DNA from: an uncultured Candidatus Rokubacteria bacterium
GTDB taxonomy: Bacteria; Methylomirabilota; Methylomirabilia; Rokubacteriales; CSP1-6
Direction of reading: 5' to 3'
NCBI GenBank assembly: GCA_963789955.1
Contig: CAWBMV010000018.1
Location: 1-29,569, forward strand
DNA length: 29,569 nucleotides
Shown: in pieces, positions 15,859-24,970 of the stretch
Layout: each line of letters starts with the position of its first letter
Position numbering within the stretch: position 1 is the first letter of the stretch
Position numbers and translations under genes: made by a program
Notes under the pieces: generated by a model
What the model was told of the DNA's origin: nothing
The model's input: the letters and a program-made list of their open reading frames with translations, nothing else
The model's database searches: none

Positions 15859-15904
15859 GGGGCGGTATCATACCGCTTCGCCGCGCCGGATGTAGAATCC
15901 CCTC
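15859..15904. promoter_or_regulatory. 46-bp divergent promoter region with two -10-like hexamers and a palindrome
   Basis: TAGAAT (+, 15893-15898) is 6 nt before ATG 15905. TATGAT (-, 15872-15867) is 8 nt before ATG 15858. Palindrome GCGGTAT-C-ATACCGC at 15862-15876. No SD on either side. Confidence 0.6.
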
Positions 15905-16654
15905 ATGCCCAGAGACGCCACACCCACCAAGCTCGAGATCGTGACGGAAATTCCCGACAAGGCGATGGTCATCTTCGCGCATCCCGACGACGCGGAGATC
16001 GGCTCCGGCGGTGTCGTGGCCAAGTGGGCGGCCGCGGGCTGCGAGGTGACCTACGTGCTCTGCACCAACGGCGCCGCCGGCACGGCCGATCGCGCATTGA
16101 CCCCGGCCGCGCTCGCGAAGAAGCGCGCGGACGAGCAGCGCGCTGCCGCGGACTTCATGGGCGTGCGCCACGTCGTCATGCTCGGCTATCCCGACGGCGG
16201 GCTCGAGGACACGCGCGAGTTTCTCGGCGATGTCGTGGGCGCGATTCGCCGCTATCGGCCGCACACGGTCTTCGTCCACGATCCGTATCGCATCCGCGGA
16301 TTCCAGCACCGCGACCATCGCAAGGCCGGCATCACGGCGACCGATGCCGTCTATCCGTTCGCCCGCGACCATCTGCACTTTCCCGACCAGATCACGGTGG
16401 ACGGGCTCGAGCCGCACAAGGTGCGCGAGCTCTGGTACTGGGGCGCCGACGAGCCCGACATTATCGTCGACGTCACCGAGTCGATCGATCGCCAGATCGC
16501 CGGGTTGATCCGTCACGAGAGTCAGGTGCCCGGCTTCAACGTGCCGGAGGGCCACACCATCGGCGAGCGCGTGAAGAAGAGCGCCGCCGAGAACGCCGAG
16601 GGCTACGGGTTCCAGTACGGCGCCATGTTCAGACGCCTCATCGCGCGGAGGTAA
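15905..16654 (+). CDS. PIG-L/LmbE-family zinc deacetylase
   Basis: AHPDDAE and HRDH metal motifs; RADEQRAAA, LGYPDGGL and HESQ. Confidence 0.92.
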   Translation: MPRDATPTKLEIVTEIPDKAMVIFAHPDDAEIGSGGVVAKWAAAGCEVTYVLCTNGAAGTADRALTPAALAKKRADEQRAAADFMGVRHVVMLGYPDGGLEDTREFLGDVVGAIRRYRPHTVFVHDPYRIRGFQHRDHRKAGITATDAVYPFARDHLHFPDQITVDGLEPHKVRELWYWGADEPDIIVDVTESIDRQIAGLIRHESQVPGFNVPEGHTIGERVKKSAAENAEGYGFQYGAMFRRLIARR

Positions 16655-16660
16655 CAATCC

Positions 16661-18255
16661 ATGCCAGCCACGATCGCGCCCGCGTCACTCAAGAGCCTGC
16701 TCGAGGGCAAGGAACCGTTCGCGCTCATCGACGTCCGGGAAGCCGGCGAGTACAACAGCAGCCACATTCCCGGCGCGAGCCTGATCGCGCGGCGGCAGCT
16801 CGAAACCCTGGTGCCGCAGGCCGTGCCCTTCAAAGGCACGCCGATCGTCGTGTGCGACGACGACGGCCGGCGCGCTCGGCTCGCGGCGGCCACCCTGGAG
16901 CGTCTGGGCTACCGCCAGGTGTCGGTGCTCGACGGCGGGATCAACCGCTGGGTGACCGACGGGCTGCGAGACCGAGTGGGGGATGAACGTCCCGAGCAAG
17001 GACTTCGGCGAGAAGGTCGAGGTGGTTCACCACGTGCCGGAGGTCGAGGCGCAAGGATCTCGCGGCGCGCATCCAGAAGGGCGAGAAGTTCGTCATCCTC
17101 GATTCGCGCACGCCCGAAGAGTTCCGGCGCTTCTGCATCCCCGGCGGCCGCAGCGTGCCCGGCGGCGAGCTGGCGTTGCGCATCACCGACATCGCCAAGG
17201 ACGTCGATCGCGACACGACGATCATCGTGAACTGCGCCGGGCGCACGCGCAGCATCATCGGCGCCCGCGTGCTCCAGCGCATGGGGATCCCGAAGGTGTT
17301 CGGGCTGAAGAACGGGACGGCGGGATGGGTGCTCGCCGGGCACCAGCTCGAGACCGGCGCCGATCGCGTGCAGCTGCCCGAGCCGTCGGCCGACGGGTGT
17401 CGCGGCCGCTGAGGCCTATGCCGCGCAAGCTGGCGGCGGAGGACGGCGTTCGCTATCTCGACATTCCGGCCTTGAAGGGCGTGATGGCTCGGCGCGACCA
17501 GGCGACGATCTACTTCATCGACGTGCGCACCTCCGAGGAGTACGCCGCCGGCCACATCCCGGGCTTCCGGTGGTTTCCCGGCGGCCAGGCCGTGCAGCGC
17601 TCCGACGACGTGGCGGTCGTGAAGAACTGCCAGGTCGTCTTCGCGTGCGACAAGAAGGCGCGCGCGACGTTGATCGCCTCGTGGTATCGGCAGATGGGAT
17701 TCCGACGAGGTCTTCGCCGTCGACGGCGGCACCGGTGCGTGGGTGGCGAGCGGCGGCTCGCTCGAGACGGGGATGCCGGAGGAGGTTCCGGCCGGCTATC
17801 AGGAAGCGCGCGCGAAGGTGAAGGCGGTGTCGCCGCGCGATCTGCAGGCGTCGCCGCCGGCGGCCGTCATCTTCGTCGATACGAGCCAGGACTTCGCGCG
17901 CGGCCACGTGCCCGGCGCCCGCTGGGTGCCTCGGGGCTGGATGGAGCTCTGGATCGGCGACGTCGTGCCCTCGAAGACGGCGTCGATCGTGGTCACCTGC
18001 GCCGACGGCCGCGGCTCCGCGCTCGCCGCCGTCACGCTCGGAGAGCTCGGCTACCAGAACGTGTCGATTCTCGACGGCGGCATGGCCGCCTGGCAGAAGG
18101 CGGGCCTGCCGCTCGAGAAGGGGCTCGCCGGCGTGATGACGCCGCCGACCGACGTGGTGCCGGCGGGACCGGATCGGAACTTCGCCGACATGCAGAATTA
18201 CCTCCGGTGGGAAGAGGCGCTCGGGCAGAAGTACGCGCCGGGGCGGCCCGCCTAG
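16661..18255 (+). CDS. Four-domain rhodanese-related sulfurtransferase, split by apparent single-base insertions
   Basis: Pieces in three frames: DVRE..EY..SHIPGA, NVPSKDFGE, FCIPGGRSVPGGEL, NCAGRTRSIIG, DVRTSEEYAAGHIPG, FARGHVPGARW and YLRWEEAL. Removing five bases (~16967, 17052, 17397, 17423, 17703) restores a 529-aa frame. Confidence 0.85.
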
Positions 18256-18266
18256 CGGGCAGGATC

Positions 18267-19019
18267 ACGGTCGGCACCGTTCGGCTCTACCTCGAGCCCG
18301 ACCACGGTTTCGAGGCCCGCGCGTGCGTGGTCGCGGTGAACGACCGCGCGCTCGCGTTCGACCGCACCTGCTTCTATCCGGGCGGCGGCGGCCAGCCTCC
18401 CGACGACGGAACCGTGAGGCTCGGGGATGGCGAGACCCTCGAGATCGTCTCCGCGCACGCCGATGCCGACGAGATCGTCTGGCACGTCACGACGTCGTCG
18501 CTGTCGCCGGAGCTCATCGGCCGGCCCGCCACCTTGGCCGTGAATCGTACTCGGCGGCTCGCGCTCACGCGCTATCACACGGTCCTGCACGTCCTCAACA
18601 CGATCGCGCTGCGCGACTACCACGGCTGGATCACCGGCGTGCAGATCGGCGTGGATCAGTCCAGGATCGACTTCAAGCTCGACGCCCTGTCCGCCGAGCT
18701 CTGTGCGGAGCTCGCGAACAAGGTCAATGCGGTGATCGCCGGCAACCACGCCGTCAGGGCGTACGACATCTCGGAGGACGAGTTCCGCGCGCGCGGCGAC
18801 CTGCTCCGGACGCTCGACGCCAGGCCGCCGATTGCCAACGGCCGCGTCCGCGTCGTGGAGATCGCGGAATTCGACGCGCAGGCGTGCGGCGGCACCCACG
18901 TCGCCACGACGGCGGAAGTCGGACGCTTCGCGATCGTCCGGACCGAGAACAAGGGCAAGATCAACAAACGACTCTATGTCCGGCTCGACGACCCCATGTC
19001 GCGGGCCGAGGGGAGGTAG
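18267..19019 (+). CDS. alaX: Alanyl-tRNA editing protein (AlaX family); start uncertain
   Basis: TCFYPGGGGQPPDDG, HTVLH (HxxxH), SRIDF and QACGGTH (CxxxH). No in-frame ATG/GTG before RLYLE; ACG at 18267 is the best position. Confidence 0.85.
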   Translation, partial: TVGTVRLYLEPDHGFEARACVVAVNDRALAFDRTCFYPGGGGQPPDDGTVRLGDGETLEIVSAHADADEIVWHVTTSSLSPELIGRPATLAVNRTRRLALTRYHTVLHVLNTIALRDYHGWITGVQIGVDQSRIDFKLDALSAELCAELANKVNAVIAGNHAVRAYDISEDEFRARGDLLRTLDARPPIANGRVRVVEIAEFDAQACGGTHVATTAEVGRFAIVRTENKGKINKRLYVRLDDPMSRAEGR

Positions 19020-19021
19020 CG

Positions 19022-19969
19022 ATGGCTGTCGAGTTCGGTGTTCTGATCCCGACGCGCGAGGCCGTCATGTCCGGCCATCCCGAGACGGCGCCGCTGCTCG
19101 CGATGGCCGAGCGCGCCGAGGCCGCGGGTTTCGACTCCGTGTGGATCGGCGACTCGCTGATCGCGCGGCCGCGTCACGAGCCGCTGACCTTGATGGCCGC
19201 GATCGCCGGACGCACGCGGCGCGTGCGGCTGGGCACCGGTGTGCTGCTCCCGGCGCTCCGCAATCCGGTCGTGCTGGCCCACATCGTCGGCACACTCGAT
19301 CGGGCCGCGGAGGGCCGGGTCATCCTCGGCGTCGGCTTCGCCGCCGACAATCCGTCGATCCGGAAGGAGTTCGCGGCGGCCGGCGTGCCGTTCGAGCGCC
19401 GGATCGGACGATTCCTCGAGACGATCGAGATCTGCCAGGCGCTCTGGCGCCGCGACCACGTGAGCTTCTCGGGCAAGCACTTCACGCTCGACGACGTCAC
19501 GATGGAGCCGAAGCCTCACCGGCCGGGCGGGCCGCCGATCTGGATCGGCGGGAGCGGTCCGACGGCGCTGCGCGAGGCCGCGCGTTTCGACGCGTGGTTT
19601 CCCACCGGGCCCAGCGTGGAATTCTTCGCCGAGCACTTTCCGGGTGTGCAGAAGGCGGCACGCGCCGCGGGACGCCCGGGCGACGCGGTCGCCGGCGCGG
19701 CGTACGTCACGCTGGCACTCGATGCGAATCGCGCCGCCGCCGAGCAGCGGCTCAATATCTTTCTCGAGACGTATTATGCAGCACCGGCTCGGACGATCCT
19801 GGCCCGCCAGGCCGCGTACGCGGGACCGATCGAGGGCTGCGCGGAGTGGCTCCAGCGCTGGGTCGACGCCGGCGCGCGCCACTTCACGTTGCGCTTCGCC
19901 GGCGGCGATCAGCTGGCTCAGGTGGACGAGGCGGCGGCGAAGCTCTTGCCGAGGCTCAAGCGCGGCTAG
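19022..19969 (+). CDS. LLM-class flavin-dependent oxidoreductase
   Basis: ATG 19022 after GGAGG; AEAAGFDSVWIGD, RVRLGTGVLL, RNPV and PPIWIGG. Confidence 0.92.
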   Translation: MAVEFGVLIPTREAVMSGHPETAPLLAMAERAEAAGFDSVWIGDSLIARPRHEPLTLMAAIAGRTRRVRLGTGVLLPALRNPVVLAHIVGTLDRAAEGRVILGVGFAADNPSIRKEFAAAGVPFERRIGRFLETIEICQALWRRDHVSFSGKHFTLDDVTMEPKPHRPGGPPIWIGGSGPTALREAARFDAWFPTGPSVEFFAEHFPGVQKAARAAGRPGDAVAGAAYVTLALDANRAAAEQRLNIFLETYYAAPARTILARQAAYAGPIEGCAEWLQRWVDAGARHFTLRFAGGDQLAQVDEAAAKLLPRLKRG

Positions 19970-20832
19970 GCCAGCTCGACCTCGGCGCTCATCGCGATAG
20001 TGCCGTCGGGCGTGACGGCCCAGAGGTCGCAGCCCCGACCGCTCGTCGCCGGCCGTCCGCGGAGCTCGAAGGGCGCGGTGTCGAACAGGGGCGCCCGCGC
20101 CTGGGTCGCGTAGGACGCGATCTGCTTGCCCGGATTCTGATCGCGCGCGAAGTCGATGAGCAGGGTCGTCGTCAGCGGGCCGTGGACGACGAGACCGGGA
20201 TAGCCCTCGACCTGCATGGCCCACGTCCGATCGTAGTGGATCCGGTGGCTGTTGAAGGTCAGCGCCGAGAACCGGAAGAGCAGCACCGGGTCGGGCGTGA
20301 TGCTGCGCCGCCAGGGCGCGTCGCTCGGCGGTGAGTCGCGCCGCGGCGCCTGATTGCGCTCGCCCGCCTTGACCTCTTCACGAAACACCGTTCGGCGCTC
20401 GTCCTCGAGCGCCAAACCGCTGGGCCCAAAGACGCGGCTCGTGATCGTGGCGAACACGAGTGTGCCGGTCCCGCCCTGCTTCACCGAGATGTCGGCCAGC
20501 CGCGTCTCGCGCCGCACGGTCTCGCCGATGCGCACGGGAGCGTGGAAGCGTACGCGCTCGCCGGCGAACATCCGGCGCGGCAGCGAGAGCGGCGGAACGA
20601 CGCCGGTGTCCCGCGGGCTCCCGTCGGGTCGCAGCGCGTCCGACGCCACCCTCGGCAGAAAGTAGAGCCCGAGCCATGCCGGCGGCAGCATGTCGCCGTC
20701 GCGGAATTCCGGCTCGGGGCGTCCGAACGCGAGCCGCAAGAAGTTGGCCGGACCGGCGTGGATCACGTCGGTCGCGGTCTGGCTGCGCCCGATGTGCGTG
20801 CGAAGGTCGTCGAGGTCGAGGGTCGTCGTCAT
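19966..20832 (-). CDS. Double hot-dog (MaoC/HTD2-like) acyl-CoA hydratase/dehydratase, itaconyl-/mesaconyl-C4-CoA hydratase-like
   Basis: LPRRMFAG, LFRFSALTFNSHRIHYD and EGYPGLVVHGPL. Confidence 0.88.
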   Translation of the reverse strand: MTTTLDLDDLRTHIGRSQTATDVIHAGPANFLRLAFGRPEPEFRDGDMLPPAWLGLYFLPRVASDALRPDGSPRDTGVVPPLSLPRRMFAGERVRFHAPVRIGETVRRETRLADISVKQGGTGTLVFATITSRVFGPSGLALEDERRTVFREEVKAGERNQAPRRDSPPSDAPWRRSITPDPVLLFRFSALTFNSHRIHYDRTWAMQVEGYPGLVVHGPLTTTLLIDFARDQNPGKQIASYATQARAPLFDTAPFELRGRPATSGRGCDLWAVTPDGTIAMSAEVELA

Positions 20833-20848
20833 GGCTCGCTCGTGTTCG

Positions 20849-21721
20849 TCAGTCGCGGAAGCGCTCGATCATGGTCTTGCCGTACCGCAGCACGTCGTCG
20901 GGTGTCCGCACCTGCGCCGGAAGCCCGGCGGCCGCGCTGACCGGTACCGCCACGCGTTTCACGCCGCGCCGGGCGAGTGCTTCGATCTCGGCGGGCTCGG
21001 TCGGCGCCGAGACCGTGATCTCGATATCGTCGGGATTGCGTCCAGCCTCGACCGCGGCGCGCCGCATCTCGTCCAGAAGCTCGGGCGCCGCGCCGCGCGC
21101 GGGGAAATAGCCGTCGCCCAGCCGTCCGGCCCGGCGCGCGGCCGCGCGCGTGTCGCCGCCCACGATGATCGGGACCCGGCCGTCGGCGGGCAGGGGCCGG
21201 CAGAACACGTCGCGGAACGAAACGAATCGTCCCGAGAAGCTCGCGCGCTCCTGACTCCAGAGGGCGCGCATGGCCGCGACATACTCGTCGGTGCGCGGCC
21301 CGCGATCCTCGAACGGCACACCCAGGGTCGCGAACTCCTCGGCCAGCCAGCCCACCCCGATGCCGAGCAGCACGCGGCGCCCGCCCGCGAGGTGATCCAA
21401 GGTGGCGACGGCCTTGGCGGTGACCACTGGATTGCGCTGCGGCAGGATCAGGATCGCGGTGCCGAGCTTGAGCGTGCGGGTCGCGGACGCGATGTACGCG
21501 AGCCAGATCAGCGGATCCGGGATCGGAAAGTCCTCGAGCCCCGAGCCCATGCGCCCCGTGTCCGAGTACGGGTAGCGCGACTGATAGCCGTGGGGCACCA
21601 CGACGTGCTCGACGGTCCAGATCGAGTCGAACCCGGCGGCCTCGGCGGCCTGCGCAAGCTCGACCGCCGCCGGCCCGCTCGAGTAGCGGCCGAGACTCGC
21701 GTATCGCAGACCGAATAGCAT
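20849..21721 (-). CDS. LLM-class, probably F420-dependent oxidoreductase (Rv2161c-like)
   Basis: WTVEHVVVP-GYQSRYPYS, DPLIWLAY, LPQRNPV, GIGVGWLAEEF and AARRAGRLGDGYFP. Confidence 0.88.
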   Translation of the reverse strand: MLFGLRYASLGRYSSGPAAVELAQAAEAAGFDSIWTVEHVVVPHGYQSRYPYSDTGRMGSGLEDFPIPDPLIWLAYIASATRTLKLGTAILILPQRNPVVTAKAVATLDHLAGGRRVLLGIGVGWLAEEFATLGVPFEDRGPRTDEYVAAMRALWSQERASFSGRFVSFRDVFCRPLPADGRVPIIVGGDTRAAARRAGRLGDGYFPARGAAPELLDEMRRAAVEAGRNPDDIEITVSAPTEPAEIEALARRGVKRVAVPVSAAAGLPAQVRTPDDVLRYGKTMIERFRD

Positions 21722-21770
21722 TTATCGAGTGCTCGAGGCCGGGACCGCCGAGGGTGGCGAGTGATGGATA

Positions 21771-21846
21771 CGTGTGGCTCCGCACGCCCGATCAACCCTT
21801 GTAGTTCTGCCTTGTGGTCCTGCTTGTGGTCTTGGCATGTGGCTCG
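21771..21846. repeat. Short imperfect direct repeats (TGTGG(T/C)C core)
   Basis: Copies at 21773, 21813, 21825 and 21838, plus degenerate CTTGTAG at 21798; about 12-13 nt period; intergenic. Confidence 0.5.
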
Positions 21847-21856
21847 GATCGTCCGA

Positions 21857-22186
21857 TTAGCCTTTGTGCTCTTGCAGGCACTGGAGGGCGAGGCCGCCGT
21901 GGCTCCAGGCGGCGCCGGCGGCCATCGCCATGGCCACGAACGTCGTTTCGGCGATCTCCGCGTCGGAGGCGCCGGCCGTCGCCGCCTTCTTCGTGTGGGC
22001 GTCGATGCACCACGGACACTGCGTGATCTGCGCGATGCCGAGCGCGATCAGCTCCTTGGTCTTGGCCGGGATCGCGCCGTCCTTGAACGCCTTCTGGTCG
22101 AACTCGAGAAACGCGCGGTAGGCCTCCGGCACCAGTTCCCGCATCTTCTTGAACTGCGTCTTCACGTCGACGTCGTGGAACTGCAT
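21857..22186 (-). CDS. Carboxymuconolactone decarboxylase / AhpD-like protein
   Basis: ATG 22186 after AGGAGG; 109 aa; KTKELIALG and CPWCIDAH (CxxC). Confidence 0.9.
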   Translation of the reverse strand: MQFHDVDVKTQFKKMRELVPEAYRAFLEFDQKAFKDGAIPAKTKELIALGIAQITQCPWCIDAHTKKAATAGASDAEIAETTFVAMAMAAGAAWSHGGLALQCLQEHKG

Positions 22187-22227
22187 GCCGTCCTCCTGTG
22201 TAGGGGCGTCTGCGCTGCCCGCTGTTT

Positions 22228-23346
22228 CTACTTCAGACCGTAGAATCCTTTGGCGCCGCCCGCGAGGATCTGGCGCTTCGTTTCCGCCGACAGCTCGGGA
22301 CGGTCGGCGATCAGCTTCGGTGCGCCGGGGAAGAAGCCGTCGGGGTGCGGGTAGTCGGTCGCCCAGAGGATCTTGTGCGGGCCGATGTAGTCGGCGAGCA
22401 CCGAGAGGCTGCCCTCGACGGGCTCGAACGAGATCCAGCAGTTGCGCTGGAAGAGCTCGCTCGGGCGCATCGTCAGGCCAGAGTCGTTGAAGCCCTGGTC
22501 GTCGAAGTGGCGGTTCATCCGGTCGAGCCACGGCGCGATCCAGCCGCCGCCCGACTCCATGAAGCCGATGCGCACCTTCGGGTAGCGGTCGCACACGCCT
22601 TCCCAGATCACGCTCATCGCCGCCAGCATCATCTCCATCGTGTGCGAGATGATGTGCCGGGCGCCGCGATTGGCGAACCGGTCGACGCCGACCTGCGGCA
22701 TGCCGCCGCTGGCGCCCTCGTGCAGGCCGATCGAGAAGTCGAGCTCCTCGACCTCCTTCCAGAACGGCGCGTAGTCCGGGTGGTGGAGCATCCGGCCGTT
22801 GTACGGGTTCGGGCGCAGGAAGCCGCCACGCATGCCGAGCTCCTTGCGGGCGAAGCGCATCTCCTCGATGGCGAACGGGATCGACTGCATCGGCAGCATG
22901 GCGACGCCGAAGAGCCGATCGGGGTAGGGCTTGCAGTAGTCGGCGAGCCAGCGGTTGTAGGCGCGGCACATCGCGGCGGCGAGCCCGGGGTCCTGAACCG
23001 CGCCGCTGAAGAGGCCGATGCTCGGATAGAGGAACGCGGCGTCGATGCCGTCGAGGTCCATGTCCGGAATGCGCGCGTGCGGATCGAAGCCGCCCGGGCG
23101 GCCCTCGACGTACTTCATCGTCGCCTCGTTGATCTTGCCGTCGCGGGCGCCGATCCCGCCGATGGCGCCCATGCCCTTGGGGCTTCCGAGGATCTTGCCC
23201 TCGACGAGCAGACGCTCCTTGCCGTCGGTGTCGATGATCATTTTCGGCGCGCGGTCGCGATACGCGGGGTCGATGTACTTGTCCCAGATGTCGACCGGTT
23301 CGAGGATGTGTCCGTCGGCGTCGATGACGTTGTACGTGCGCGCCAT
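22228..23346 (-). CDS. Amidohydrolase family 2 protein
   Basis: IDADGH, DMDLDGID, RAYNRWLADYC, LHEG, ESGGGW and WATDYPHPD; strong SD. Confidence 0.93.
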   Translation of the reverse strand: MARTYNVIDADGHILEPVDIWDKYIDPAYRDRAPKMIIDTDGKERLLVEGKILGSPKGMGAIGGIGARDGKINEATMKYVEGRPGGFDPHARIPDMDLDGIDAAFLYPSIGLFSGAVQDPGLAAAMCRAYNRWLADYCKPYPDRLFGVAMLPMQSIPFAIEEMRFARKELGMRGGFLRPNPYNGRMLHHPDYAPFWKEVEELDFSIGLHEGASGGMPQVGVDRFANRGARHIISHTMEMMLAAMSVIWEGVCDRYPKVRIGFMESGGGWIAPWLDRMNRHFDDQGFNDSGLTMRPSELFQRNCWISFEPVEGSLSVLADYIGPHKILWATDYPHPDGFFPGAPKLIADRPELSAETKRQILAGGAKGFYGLK

Positions 23347-23471
23347 GGTGGTCCTCCCTTGTCGGTCCCCAGAGGATTGCCCGCCGCCGCGGCGGAGTCA
23401 AGGGAGGTCCGGAAGGCTGCTACACTACCCCGCGTCAACGAGACCGTCGTCCCCTCGAACCGGAGGAGAGC

Positions 23472-24500
23472 ATGCTGCGCGTGAAGCCCCTCGTCGTCAC
23501 CACCGTGCTCCTCGGCCTCCTCGCCGCCGCGCGACCGGCCGCGGCGCAGACGACGCTCACGATGTCCTCGTGGGTCTCGCCGCAGCACCATCTGACCGCC
23601 AACGTCCTTCAGGTTTGGGCGAACGACGTCGAGAAGGCCACCAGCGGGCGCGTGAAGTTCGCGATGCTGCCGAAGCATCCGTCGGCGCCGCCGGGCACCT
23701 TCGACGCCGTCCGCGACGGTCTGGTCGACCTGTCGTTCGTGACCGCGAGCTACACGCCGGCCCGTCACATCCTGCCGCTCCTGCCGGAGCTGCCCGGAGG
23801 CGGCGACACCGCGCTGGTGAACTCGGTCGCCTACTCGCGGATCCACTGGAAGTACTTCCAGAAGGTCGGTGAGTATCGCGGCGTGAAGCTCCTGGGCGTG
23901 TTCACCCACGGCCCGGGTCAGATGTTCACCAAGAAGCCGGTGGCGGGTATCGGCGACGTGCAGGGGCTGAAGATCCGCACCGGCGGCGGGGTCGCCGAGC
24001 AGGTGGCGAAGGCGCTCGGGGCCTCCGCGTTCGTGAAACCGGCTCCCGAATCGTACGAGCTCCTGAGCTCCGGGGTCGCCGACGGCGTGTTCTTCCCGCT
24101 GGAGTCGATCATCTCCTTCAAGCTCGACACGGTGCTCGAGCAGGCGACCTTGTTCCCGGGCGGGATGTACAGCTCCGCGTTCGGCTTCTTCATGAACGAG
24201 GAGAAGTGGAACAAGCTGCCCAAGCAGGATCAGGAGGCGATCGAGAAGCTCTCGGGCGAGTACATCGCGCGGCTCGCCGGCAACTCCTGGGACGAGGCGG
24301 ATCGCAAAGGAATGGACGCCCTGAAGAAGTCCGGCGTCAAGATCGTCCACGCCAACCCGACTTTCGTCGCCGAGGTCAAGAAGCGCTCCGCGCCGATCGT
24401 GGAGGAGTGGGTCAAGCAGGCAAACGCCAAGGGCGTGGATGCCGCCAAGATCCTCGCCGAGTTCCAGGACGAGCTCAAGAAGGTCGCCGCCGGCAAGTGA
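23472..24500 (+). CDS. dctP: TRAP transporter substrate-binding protein
   Basis: Signal peptide (PAAA-Q), DVQGLKIR with the conserved Arg, YELLSSGVADG and MNEEKWNKLP. Confidence 0.92.
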   Translation: MLRVKPLVVTTVLLGLLAAARPAAAQTTLTMSSWVSPQHHLTANVLQVWANDVEKATSGRVKFAMLPKHPSAPPGTFDAVRDGLVDLSFVTASYTPARHILPLLPELPGGGDTALVNSVAYSRIHWKYFQKVGEYRGVKLLGVFTHGPGQMFTKKPVAGIGDVQGLKIRTGGGVAEQVAKALGASAFVKPAPESYELLSSGVADGVFFPLESIISFKLDTVLEQATLFPGGMYSSAFGFFMNEEKWNKLPKQDQEAIEKLSGEYIARLAGNSWDEADRKGMDALKKSGVKIVHANPTFVAEVKKRSAPIVEEWVKQANAKGVDAAKILAEFQDELKKVAAGK

Positions 24501-24970
24501 CCGCGTCCGAGCTCCCGTGGAAGCGGCGCGCCGACGTCGCCCTCGGCGCGGCCGCCGCCGGCATCTTGCTGGCGATGATGGCGCTCACGGTGGTCGACGT
24601 GGTGGCGCGCTACGGCTTCAGCCGCCCGGTCCGCGGCGCCTTCGAGGTCACCGAGCTGATGTTGCTGGTGCTGATCTTCGCCGGCCTGCCGCTCGTCTCG
24701 TTCAGCGACGAGCACGCCGTCATGGACTTCATCGACCGTATTCTCGGCTCGCGCGGCCAGCGCTGGCTCGAGCGCCTCGTGCAGGCGGCGTGCGCGGCGT
24801 TCATGTTCCTCCTGGCCTGGCTCGTGTGGCGCAAGGCCGACCGCATCTGGGCCTACCGCGACGCGACCGACGTGCTGCGCATCGTGTACGGCCCCTTCGT
24901 GTACTTCATGGCGATCACCCTCGGACTGGCGGGCCTGATCCACCTGCATAAGGTGATCGAGCGGCGATGA
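24497..24970 (+). CDS. dctQ: TRAP transporter small permease
   Basis: GTGA overlap with dctP; DVVARY, GAFEVTE and HAVMD; four TM segments. Confidence 0.9.
   Translation: MTASELPWKRRADVALGAAAAGILLAMMALTVVDVVARYGFSRPVRGAFEVTELMLLVLIFAGLPLVSFSDEHAVMDFIDRILGSRGQRWLERLVQAACAAFMFLLAWLVWRKADRIWAYRDATDVLRIVYGPFVYFMAITLGLAGLIHLHKVIERR

Noticed and set aside
15905..16654. PIG-L deacetylase as a replacement for the missing HpnK
   Set aside because: Chemically plausible, but it lies more than 6 kb away, beyond the repeat boundary and in a different operon; no supporting evidence.
16983..19019. 678-aa apparent rhodanese-AlaX fusion
   Set aside because: Artefact of the frameshifts; the rhodanese has its own C-terminus and stop at 18255.
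21771..21846. CRISPR-like or iteron array
   Set aside because: Units are too short and degenerate, with no spacers and no cas or rep gene.
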